A stretch of DNA of 64,000 nucleotides from an uncultured virus (IMG/VR IMGVR_UViG_3300033888_000043) (Duplodnaviria > Heunggongvirae > Uroviricota > Caudoviricetes): the IMG/VR virus record IMGVR_UViG_3300033888_000043; one strand, written 5' to 3'. Below are positions 28,021 to 36,258 of this stretch, in pieces; position 1 is the stretch's first letter, and every line of letters begins with the position of its first letter. Both the position numbers and the translations under genes were made by a program. The notes beneath the pieces were generated by a model. It did no database searches. It was not told the DNA's origin and saw nothing but the letters and a program-made list of their open reading frames with translations.

Positions 28021-28848
28021 TTAGACGTATTGGTTGGAAAGTATGTTGAAGTTTGAACCTCTCGTTTGTCCCACAGCCATATTCCCCCGCTCGCACTGCT
28101 GGATGTAGCTCACCGCATTGATGCTCTTGATGAGCGCCAGCGCCCGCCCGGCCATGGCGACCGCCAGCGGCGACAAGTTGGCCTTCGGCCCGTATCGCGC
28201 GGCAATCCTCAGCGCCAGGTTGTACTGCAAGGCGTCCACGTATTCCGGCGGCGTGATGATGGGATCGAGCGGCGATTGAAACTGCTGCACGGTCTGCCAG
28301 GTGTACAGCGCGCCTTGGGTGACGTAGGCGTTTGCCGGAATCGGCCACAGGTAGATCTTTCCATTGGGTACCGCGGGCTCGTAATAGAGTTTCGTGGGAT
28401 TGCCCGAGGTCAGGTCCTTGGGACTCAGGGCCGCCCACTGCTGCGCGGTGAGTTGATCGAAAGGTTCCTCGATCACCGGGTTGACGTTGGTGAAGAGGTA
28501 CGACGCCCACTCGATGCGCTGTGGCCTTTCGATGGGGATGTCGGTCAGCCCGCTCAGCCCAACGAGATACGGAAAGTCCGGGCCGCCCTGCCCGATGTTG
28601 ATCGCAAACAGGGTGCGCAGGATGGCCGGCACCATGTTCTGCTGCGCTTTCCAGCTTGAAACCAACTGGTTCAATTCCCAAAGTGAATCCTGGTAGTCGT
28701 AGATCGAGTAGCCACGCCCAGCCATCTGCATGACGCCGGCGATGCGCAGCGCATGGTAGATGAGATCGCCCACGATGGGCGCGTTCGCCGGATTGTTCGC
28801 GTACTGCGCGCCGGTGAATTGGCCGAAGTTGATAGTGGAGGTGGACAT
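28021..28848 (-). CDS. Head-tail adaptor (P22 gp4-like) paralog 1
   Basis: DLIYHALRIAGV..D.L.ELN.LV.SW, RPQRI, IYLWPIP, PPEY..ALQYNLA.RIA; ATG at 28848. Confidence 0.82.
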   Translation of the reverse strand: MSTSTINFGQFTGAQYANNPANAPIVGDLIYHALRIAGVMQMAGRGYSIYDYQDSLWELNQLVSSWKAQQNMVPAILRTLFAINIGQGGPDFPYLVGLSGLTDIPIERPQRIEWASYLFTNVNPVIEEPFDQLTAQQWAALSPKDLTSGNPTKLYYEPAVPNGKIYLWPIPANAYVTQGALYTWQTVQQFQSPLDPIITPPEYVDALQYNLALRIAARYGPKANLSPLAVAMAGRALALIKSINAVSYIQQCERGNMAVGQTRGSNFNILSNQYV

Positions 28849-28875
28849 GGGGGAACCGAGGGCTATACTGGACGC

Positions 28876-29347
28876 ATGCCCCAAATCGAAGTTGAGTTCG
28901 CGGGAAAGAAATACGGGCCGTTCGCTTCGGTCCAGGACGCCTTGGCGCAAGGGTTCCACATCCCGGACCTGTGCCCCTGCAAGAACTGCAAAAAGCTGAG
29001 AGGAGAGAAAGGCTGACGCATGCTGAGAGATTGCGACGACTGCGGAAATAGCTACGACGATGCGGAGTGCCTCACCTGCTGCCCGCACTCCCGGCGATAC
29101 GGTTCATGTTTTTGAAACTCCTGAATTGATAGTAGCGCTGTGGCAAAATAAACGCATGCCCCTGAGCGACAATGAGTTGATCCACGCCATGTTCGACCAG
29201 GACGCGGATGTGGCGAGCGCGGCGAAACGCCTTTACAACGAGCGGCACGCGAACGATTTGAAGCCTGCGGAGCCGCCACATTGCGAGGAGTGCTTCGAAG
29301 GCTGCCCCAAGTGCCAGCCGGAATGGTTTCGGAAGCTGAAAAGCTGA
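28876..29347 (+). other. Cluster of three tiny Cys-rich antisense ORFs (28876..29016, ~29020..29115, 29156..29347)
   Basis: CPCKNC; CDDC..CLTCC; HCEECFEGCPKC; -10-like hexamers 6 nt before ATG at 28876 and 29156. Confidence 0.55.
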
Positions 29348-29350
29348 CGG

Positions 29351-29545
29351 CTACTTCCCCGACCAGTGGCCCTTGCGGGCTTTGTTGGCCGGCTTGAGCA
29401 CGTTCTCGTAGAGGCGCGCCGCGGCGCCGATGCTGGGCGAGTCCATGTGGGACTTGGCGAAGCTGTTTATGCTTTGCCGGGCGCGCGCCGCAGCGGCTGT
29501 CAGTTTTCCGGGGTGCGAGATCTTGATGGGCTTCTTTTCGGCCAT
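29351..29545 (-). CDS. Small basic virion-region protein
   Basis: IKISHPGKLT motif, K/R-rich. Confidence 0.6.
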   Translation of the reverse strand: MAEKKPIKISHPGKLTAAAARARQSINSFAKSHMDSPSIGAAARLYENVLKPANKARKGHWSGK

Positions 29546-29546
29546 G

Positions 29547-29930
29547 TCAGTTTTCCATCAACAATACGGAAACGAGGGCGGCGGCCGTGTGGGCTAAAAG
29601 CGCCGGTGCTGTTATCCCCGCCGTCCAACGGAACAGGAACGGTGGATCGCCCGGCATCAGGCGCGCGAAAGCGACGCCACCGGCGCCCGTGGTGCCTGTC
29701 ATCACGTCCACATAGTTGACCGTATCAAGGTTCTGAATCAACATGAACCCCAGATTGGCCAGGTTCGACACGGGGATGGCGGTGCCCCCGGCGGTCGTTG
29801 ACGTTAGAACAATTTGCTCCACATACTTATTCCCCGTCTGAGCGACGGAGATGTTCTGCTGTGAGGCGCTCACGTTGACGCCCACGCCGCTCAAAGCGAG
29901 GGCCGCGCCTGCGGTAATGGTGTTCGACAT
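29547..29930 (-). CDS. Small beta-rich virion protein
   Basis: AAAGG SD, ATG at 29930 (MSNTITAG...); the longer track ORF is a spurious extension. Confidence 0.7.
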   Translation of the reverse strand: MSNTITAGAALALSGVGVNVSASQQNISVAQTGNKYVEQIVLTSTTAGGTAIPVSNLANLGFMLIQNLDTVNYVDVMTGTTGAGGVAFARLMPGDPPFLFRWTAGITAPALLAHTAAALVSVLLMEN

Positions 29931-29971
29931 TGGGATTCCTTTTTGAAAAACTGAAAGCTGAAAGCTGATGG

Positions 29972-31879
29972 CTACTTCGCCAGATGCAGCGCGCGCAACA
30001 CCCGCGTCCAGATCGCTTGATGCTGCTGCGGCACGGCCCGCGCCATGGCCCTGTACCTCATTGGCTGAAGCGTATTCACCCACACGCCGCTTTGGCAGTC
30101 GTAGATGGCGCCCGACCAGTCGTTGATGACGGGCAAGGCAACCTGGGCGGCCGCGTTGCAGGGTCCTTGCAGGCCGATGTAGGTGAAGTATTGCGGGATC
30201 GCCACGTAGACCAGCGCGCTCGTGCTGTGAGCTTGCGTACCGGTGCCGTCCCAGCCGCGTTCGACGGGAACCGCATCGGTAGGGTTTACCGGCGCCGCAG
30301 TCACTCGCATGGCTTCCTGGTCCACGTAGAGCACCGTGAACGAAGCGCCTGAAGGCTGCCCAATGGATCCGTTGCTGACCGGCTGCCCAGGACCCGTGAC
30401 GCTCGCGGTGGAGGCGAGAGAGACGGAAAGTTGGAACTCGTTTACCGGCGCCGTGAACGTGGTCGTGGGGATGGCCTTCAACTGCGCGGGCGGCGGGGGC
30501 GGCGGCGGAGGTGGCGGCGGAGGCGGAGGCGGCGGCGGCGGCGGTACCGGAGGTAAGCTTGCCGCTTTCCAGGCCAAACCGGTCACCGTGGGAGACAAGG
30601 GAATTCCCGCCAGCATCTGCCAGGTGTAGCTGGTCACAGGCGTGTTGTCGTTGCATGCTCCGGATTGGAGCAGGGCGTAAGGCTGATCGTAGAACAGGGT
30701 GGTGCGAGTGGCCCCGATCTGGCTCGAAAACCCGAACAGCCACGTCCAGAACGCGCCGTTGGCGTTGTAGGTTTCCATCCCCGGCCAGCCGCAGCCGTTG
30801 ATAAGCTCGGATTGGCAGAGGACATTCGAGCCGGCTGGGCAGTATCCGGGCGGTCCCGATTCGTCGATCTGGACCTGGAGCCCCGCCGCGGTCGCGGAAG
30901 CCGCCCAACTTGCATAGACTCCCGGCTGCGCGCTCCATGACGGCGTGCTGTCGAAACTCCTGAAGTAGATCTCCGCACCGAAAACCTGCATCCCGCTGGG
31001 CACCGAGGCTGTGACGTTGGCGACATACGCGCCGTCTGCCATGGTGTAGCCGGAGGCGCACAGCACGGCAGATCCTCCAGTCGCCGCGTGAATGGCCGGG
31101 CACAGGCCGGCTATGAGCGTGTTCCAATCCGCCACGCTGAGCGTCTGGCCCGTGGAGGCGTTGTCCGCTTCTTCGGGTTCGTGGGCTGCGATGACAGTGT
31201 GGAGCGAAACGCTGGGCGAAAGGTTATGGATGTGCGCAACCATGGCGGCCAAGAAAGGCGCTTCGCAAGCAATCCGTTGCGCGACTGTCATGGTGGATGG
31301 CGTGAGGCCGCAAATCAGCCAGGGCGCGCCGGCGCCGGGAACTCCGAAACTGATGGGCGCCAGCCGGATGGTGAGGCCCTGCGCCGCGATGTACGCCATC
31401 ATGGCGTCGTAGAACGCAAGATTGGTTGTCAGGCGCGTGCATGTGGCCGTCGCGTATGTTCCCGCGCAACTGAAGCCGGTCGCCGCGGTGTACTCGGCCG
31501 ACATCATGTACGGCATGTAGTCGATGTTCCAGACTACGCCCGTGGCGCCGCTCTGCGCCAAAATGTTGACGAAGGCTTCCTGGAGGGGCACCGAGTTGTA
31601 CGGACAGGTTCCGGTGGTCGGGCAGTTCTCGATCCAGTTGGCCGAAGCTCCCACCAGCTCCAGATCGTTTGCAAAGGGCGCCGTAAGCGCTGGAACCGGA
31701 ACGGCGTTGAGGAAAGTGTTGTACGCCGAAATGTAAGCTTGAATCGTCGGCGATCCCGTCTGCGGGCAGCTCGCCGACGTGCCTGCCGCGCCCGCGGCCG
31801 CCCAGCAGGTGCCGGGCTGGGCGTTGCCGGCTTGGGCGAAGATGACCAGGGCCGCGCAGATGAGGATGGCGTGCTTCAT
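29972..31879 (-). CDS. Signal-peptide protein: possible glycoside-hydrolase-like domain, poly-Pro linker, decoration-type domain
   Basis: MKHAILICAALVIFAQAGNAQ; HEPE and IDESG acid motifs; long Pro run; C-terminal domain homologous to the N-terminus of 35203..36171. Confidence 0.7.
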   Translation of the reverse strand: MKHAILICAALVIFAQAGNAQPGTCWAAAGAAGTSASCPQTGSPTIQAYISAYNTFLNAVPVPALTAPFANDLELVGASANWIENCPTTGTCPYNSVPLQEAFVNILAQSGATGVVWNIDYMPYMMSAEYTAATGFSCAGTYATATCTRLTTNLAFYDAMMAYIAAQGLTIRLAPISFGVPGAGAPWLICGLTPSTMTVAQRIACEAPFLAAMVAHIHNLSPSVSLHTVIAAHEPEEADNASTGQTLSVADWNTLIAGLCPAIHAATGGSAVLCASGYTMADGAYVANVTASVPSGMQVFGAEIYFRSFDSTPSWSAQPGVYASWAASATAAGLQVQIDESGPPGYCPAGSNVLCQSELINGCGWPGMETYNANGAFWTWLFGFSSQIGATRTTLFYDQPYALLQSGACNDNTPVTSYTWQMLAGIPLSPTVTGLAWKAASLPPVPPPPPPPPPPPPPPPPPPPAQLKAIPTTTFTAPVNEFQLSVSLASTASVTGPGQPVSNGSIGQPSGASFTVLYVDQEAMRVTAAPVNPTDAVPVERGWDGTGTQAHSTSALVYVAIPQYFTYIGLQGPCNAAAQVALPVINDWSGAIYDCQSGVWVNTLQPMRYRAMARAVPQQHQAIWTRVLRALHLAK

Positions 31880-31895
31880 GCGATTATGGGAGTAG

Positions 31896-32240
31896 ATGAT
31901 GACGCGACGTGCTCTGTTTGCGCTGGTGGTCGGGGCCGTGGGCTGCAAGCCTGAACCAGGCCTTTCCGATTGGAGCGTGCGTGTCGAAACCGGGCCAGAC
32001 GAAATATCGGAGATCGAAGCCGCCCACGAAGAACTCTGGCAACTGTCGGGTGCTCTTCATCCGCAAGACGTGCCGCAAGTGCGCGCTTTTCTTGAGCGTG
32101 CCATTGCGTCGCTGGAGACGAACATCCAGGATACGGATCGCATGCCCGGACCCCTCACATTTCCGTGGTGGCAGGAGTTGCGACCTGTGGATGTGCAGAC
32201 GCTTCGAAAACTTCGGACGTTGCTGGAGGCGCTGGCATGA
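31896..32240 (+). CDS. Twin-arginine/lipoprotein-like leader protein, antisense insert
   Basis: MMTRRALFALVVGAVGC. Confidence 0.6.
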   Translation: MMTRRALFALVVGAVGCKPEPGLSDWSVRVETGPDEISEIEAAHEELWQLSGALHPQDVPQVRAFLERAIASLETNIQDTDRMPGPLTFPWWQELRPVDVQTLRKLRTLLEALA

Positions 32241-32626
32241 CCCGCCGCGCTTTATTCGCTCTGGCTGCCGCTGCGGTGCTGGACCCTGAGCGATTGCTTT
32301 GGCGTCCCGGCGCGAAACTCGTTTCGATTCCGAAGGCAATGTCGTTTCAGGGTTGGGGAATTCCGGGAACCGACCCGCCACTCTGCGTGGGTGACATCCT
32401 GACGTTTTGGAACGATCCGCAGCAATACCGCGTAACGGCGACGCACCCGCCGGGCGAATATGTGCGGGTCGAGTTGAAGCCGGTGCTGAATTCAGCGCGT
32501 ATCACTGGTCTGATGCCAATGAAGAGAATCGCGCGTGAAGGCCGTTTCTACGCGAAATACGTGGAACTCCCTGGTGGCAGCGACCGCAACGGGGGCACCT
32601 TCGAGGCTTCGGTCCATTTAATTTAA
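32237..32626 (+). CDS. Twin-arginine leader protein, antisense insert
   Basis: MTRRALFALAAAAVLDPERLLW; GGAGG SD; ATGA overlap. Confidence 0.65.
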   Translation: MTRRALFALAAAAVLDPERLLWRPGAKLVSIPKAMSFQGWGIPGTDPPLCVGDILTFWNDPQQYRVTATHPPGEYVRVELKPVLNSARITGLMPMKRIAREGRFYAKYVELPGGSDRNGGTFEASVHLI

Positions 32627-32753
32627 GCCTCGGGGACTGTCGCCTTCGGGCGACAGCGGAAGAGGCTTGCCCGTATAGTAGACGGCCCTCAAGCAGCGGT
32701 CTTGCAGGCTATTCTCAACACCCCCGAAATGCTGGATCTGATTGAGCTTCGAG

Positions 32754-33119
32754 TTACCAAAGACGAAAGAAAGGTGATGGGACTCGGTACGTTCTATCGG
32801 TGGCCGGAGTTCCAGCGCATTCTGTCAGATGCCCGTCCTGTCCAACTACAAACTGGACCGATATCAACTCTGCGGGCTTAACCAGCCGCAGTTTCCGCAG
32901 CACCCGCATCAGGATGTTCTCGCGCGGGGTGAACGTGCACACGAAGGAATCGCCGGGGCGCGGCTGCGGCCAGACTTCGATGGTGCCCATGTTCCACAAC
33001 TCTTGGTGGGCGTCTTCAATCGCGGTTATGTCGAAGGTGGAATTGTCCATCGAAGAAGTTTGGGTGGACAGCCTCACGGCGCGGTCCACCAGCGCCTCTG
33101 GCACACTGGAAAGCCACAC
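32754..33119 (-). CDS. Hypothetical protein
   Basis: IEDAHQELW resembles IEAAHEELW in 31896..32240. Confidence 0.5.
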   Translation of the reverse strand: MWLSSVPEALVDRAVRLSTQTSSMDNSTFDITAIEDAHQELWNMGTIEVWPQPRPGDSFVCTFTPRENILMRVLRKLRLVKPAELISVQFVVGQDGHLTECAGTPATDRTYRVPSPFFRLW

Positions 33120-33220
33120 CCGGGCGGACCTTCCGCGCGTACCTTGAGCTTGAAATCCGGGAAAGGGCGGCGGTTAAAGTCCGCCCCTGGCTCCCCGTCC
33201 ATCGGAACTTGGCGCGCGCG

Positions 33221-33493
33221 TTACGCCGTGGCGGCAGGCGCGGGATCGGCGGCCGGCGGCGGTGCTCCACCCGCGGCGGCGGCGGTTTCCTTGCCGAAAC
33301 GGAAGCGGCGATCATGTTCAAGTTGGATCAGCTTGTCCGGCAGCGCCTTGGCGACGTTGGCTAGGGTCTTCGCCACACGTTCGTCGGCGTGCTTGCCGCG
33401 GTCGAGATGCGCCTCTATGCTGGTGCCCTCTTCCTGAAATGGGTCCTTGAGGGCGTTCGCTACGTCCTTCATGTACTCAGTTGGCTGTTTCAT
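33221..33493 (-). CDS. Hypothetical protein
   Basis: AAGGAG SD. Confidence 0.65.
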   Translation of the reverse strand: MKQPTEYMKDVANALKDPFQEEGTSIEAHLDRGKHADERVAKTLANVAKALPDKLIQLEHDRRFRFGKETAAAAGGAPPPAADPAPAATA

Positions 33494-33536
33494 GAGACTG
33501 GTTGCTCCTTCGGTTTCAAGGATACCATAGCCAGCT

Positions 33537-34010
33537 TTACGCCTCGGCCAGCGAGTAAGCCAACAGATCGCGGAACCATTCGACCTTCGCCCGTTCGGCG
33601 GTGTCGCGGATCACATAGAGCACACTGAAGGTGATCGCGGTTGAATTGTCCGGCCGATTCTCACGCCGCATGTGCATGTCGAGCCCGGAGTACGAATCGA
33701 CGGCGCGATCCTCGTTGTTTTTCAACGGAATGGGAAGCATGAAGACTTCTCCGCTGGCCGATACCGACGCGCGAAGGGTGCGGGCCATTCCTACGACAGT
33801 TCCCTTGATCCAGCGTTCAAAGGCGTCGACGCAGTGAAACTGCCAGCCATCCGGTAGGACGATTGTGCCCTCCACCAGTTGCGGCGGTCCCTGCGTAGCG
33901 GGTGCCAGCGCGAGGCGTGGTCGCGTTATGGGCGCTCCCGCAAGCGCTTCAGCCAGTATTTCTGCCGCAACGTAGAGCATGGCGACGGGATTCAATTCAT
34001 CACGCTTCAA
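33537..34010 (-). CDS. Hypothetical protein
   Basis: 157-aa ORF overlapping the end of the GroES-like gene. Confidence 0.6.
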   Translation of the reverse strand: MKRDELNPVAMLYVAAEILAEALAGAPITRPRLALAPATQGPPQLVEGTIVLPDGWQFHCVDAFERWIKGTVVGMARTLRASVSASGEVFMLPIPLKNNEDRAVDSYSGLDMHMRRENRPDNSTAITFSVLYVIRDTAERAKVEWFRDLLAYSLAEA

Positions 34011-34620
34011 GTACGCCCTCGATCTTCGATTTCGGGATGATGCAGTCAGCCAGCGGCTCTACAGCCCACAACTCGGGATGGAGCGTCGCCACTTCCGCGT
34101 GGGTTTCGCAAACGCGAAAGCTCTGACGCCCTTCGTTACCGATACCAAAGGCCCGATACTTCGCCTCTTTTAAGCAACGCACCAGACGGTTCTGATGATC
34201 GCCCATCTTCCAAGACACTTGGCAGATATCCGCTTCAAGTACGCCCTCGATCTGCGATTCCGGGATGATGCGGTAGCGCACGCCGTCCTCAGCGTAGTCC
34301 TGGCCGCCCTTGTGTGCGTAGAGCACCAGGTCGCCGACGTTCACGTCGAGGGGGATGCGCTCAGTGTGCGCAAACTCTTCCCACACGCCCTGCGACGATC
34401 CTTGCCAGTCGGGGATGAACCGCTTGCCGTACTTGTAGCCTTCGCCTACGGCAACGACGTGCCCGCGATCGGTGTAATTGCCGCTCGTGCCGCCCTTCTC
34501 GTCGAAGGTTCCCGCGTGCAACGATGTACCGGGCATGACGACGCGGCTGGACGGTGCGGTACGCTCGCTTTCGGCGAGGGGGCGAACCACTACAGCATTG
34601 AAGAGAGGCTGGAATTTCAT
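34000..34620 (-). CDS. groES: GroES-like co-chaperonin with C-terminal extension
   Basis: FQPLFNAVVVRP, G.VVAVGEG, PLDVNVGDLVLY, DGVRYRIIPESQIEGVLE. Confidence 0.82.
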   Translation of the reverse strand: MKFQPLFNAVVVRPLAESERTAPSSRVVMPGTSLHAGTFDEKGGTSGNYTDRGHVVAVGEGYKYGKRFIPDWQGSSQGVWEEFAHTERIPLDVNVGDLVLYAHKGGQDYAEDGVRYRIIPESQIEGVLEADICQVSWKMGDHQNRLVRCLKEAKYRAFGIGNEGRQSFRVCETHAEVATLHPELWAVEPLADCIIPKSKIEGVLEA

Positions 34621-34662
34621 GGAAGTTTGGCTGATGGCTGAAAGCTGAAAGCTGACAGCTTC

Positions 34663-35019
34663 TTACACGTTCAAATCTGCTGACACTCTTACTGGATCTG
34701 CTGCTGTTCCGTCCACCCAGATAGTAGACAGATCAATCGCCGGCGCCAGTGAAAACTCGATAGCTCCGGGGGGGTCGGCCCAGGAGCCGCCGGGAGCCGT
34801 GGCCGTCGCTGGCGACAATTCGCCGCTCACGTCGTTGGCATTGGTCGTTGCGGGCGTGCGGCCTCCGTAGATTCCCGCCATGACATAGCCCAGGCCGGTG
34901 CCTCCGGTAGCCATTTGGATGAAGACCCGGTTGGCCATCGGGTTCTGTACCAGGCCGAGGGCGACGGAGAGATTGACCGGCGTTCCGGGGTTTAGCGTGA
35001 TCTTGACATTTCTTCGCAT
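34663..35019 (-). CDS. Small beta-rich virion protein
   Basis: AAAGG SD, composition and position in head module. Confidence 0.65.
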   Translation of the reverse strand: MRRNVKITLNPGTPVNLSVALGLVQNPMANRVFIQMATGGTGLGYVMAGIYGGRTPATTNANDVSGELSPATATAPGGSWADPPGAIEFSLAPAIDLSTIWVDGTAADPVRVSADLNV

Positions 35020-35202
35020 GGGAGAATCCTTTGGTGGCTGGTGGATAGTGACTGGTGGCTGGTGGTTTTACTGAAAGCTGAAAACTGAAAGCTGAAAGCT
35101 GAAAGCTGACAGCTTTTGAAGGCAGGGGACCTCCGAGGGAGAAGGCATGGAGGCCCCCTGGGGCGGCGCGCTCAAATAGCAGGAGCCGAGCCGCCGAGAG
35201 CG

Positions 35203-36171
35203 TTAATACACGTAGAGATATGGGCCAGTGCCCGTGTGGAACGAAGTCGGAACGGTCAGCGCCGGGACGGTCCCGAAGGTTGCGCCGGTTTGTCCTACGG
35301 TCAGGATGTTGTCGTCGATCCCGGTATCCACCATGCGGACGGTGGTAGAGCCGGTCGAGTTGTCCTGGAGGCAGCCGAAATACTGCGCCGGTCCCACCGC
35401 GTAGAGCTTGGAGGTGAAGGCGTAGTTCTCGAACACCGAAGCGGTCACCGAGGCCTGTCCGGCGAGCGCGCTGTTGGCCAGGGCGTTGCCGGCGGAGTCG
35501 TAGAGAATCACGTACCGCTTATTGCCGGTGACCGTGGTCCCGTTGAGCAGGCCGATGCCGGTGATTAACTTGCTGCCCGGCAGGTCCACTTCCGTGCAAT
35601 AGACCGTGGTGGAGCCGACGGCGGTGCCGTTGGTGTCCAGGCCGGTATAAGCAACCGCTCCGATGGTCGGGAAGTTGAGGCGGTAAGCGGTAGCCGTGCC
35701 GCTGCCGGTAACCCAGGAACCACCCAGGCATTCGGCATATTGATTCAGGTGCACGTTGATGGTGGGGTTGACGGCGGTGGCGGAATTGCAGGTGCCGGAG
35801 GGCAGGCCGCTGGACTCCCACACCAGTTGCTGGGGCGTGGCGATCCAGACGAGCGCTCCGGAGGCATGCGCCACGGCGGGAGATTGGAAGCCGCGTTCCA
35901 CCAGCACAGGCTGGCCGGTGGCGGGCGCGACAGTGACGCGCATGGCTTCGCCGTCCACATATAGGATGGTCCAGGCCGCGCCCGAAGGCGTGCCGATGGA
36001 ACCCTGCGAGACGGGTTGGCCCGGCCCGTTAACGCCGGTAAGCGACGCCAGGGTCACATAGGGCTGGGTGGCAGTGATGGCGGCGGAAAGGGTGGTGTTG
36101 GAAAGTTGGGCCGCAGGCAGCGCGAAGCAGGCCAGCAGCAGGGCGATGGTAACGAGAGTGATGTTTTTCAT
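35203..36171 (-). CDS. Capsid decoration-like protein with signal peptide
   Basis: Directly after the coat gene; TTLSAAIT..LYVDGEAM.V..VERG..AH.SGA.V; N-terminus MKNITLVTIALLLACFALPAAQ. Confidence 0.72.
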   Translation of the reverse strand: MKNITLVTIALLLACFALPAAQLSNTTLSAAITATQPYVTLASLTGVNGPGQPVSQGSIGTPSGAAWTILYVDGEAMRVTVAPATGQPVLVERGFQSPAVAHASGALVWIATPQQLVWESSGLPSGTCNSATAVNPTINVHLNQYAECLGGSWVTGSGTATAYRLNFPTIGAVAYTGLDTNGTAVGSTTVYCTEVDLPGSKLITGIGLLNGTTVTGNKRYVILYDSAGNALANSALAGQASVTASVFENYAFTSKLYAVGPAQYFGCLQDNSTGSTTVRMVDTGIDDNILTVGQTGATFGTVPALTVPTSFHTGTGPYLYVY

Positions 36172-36258
36172 GGTCGTAGTTTATCCTTTAGTGAAGGGTG
36201 GGTGGTGGCTGGTGGCTGGTGGTTTAGAACAAACCTACCGACCACTAGCCACTAATCA

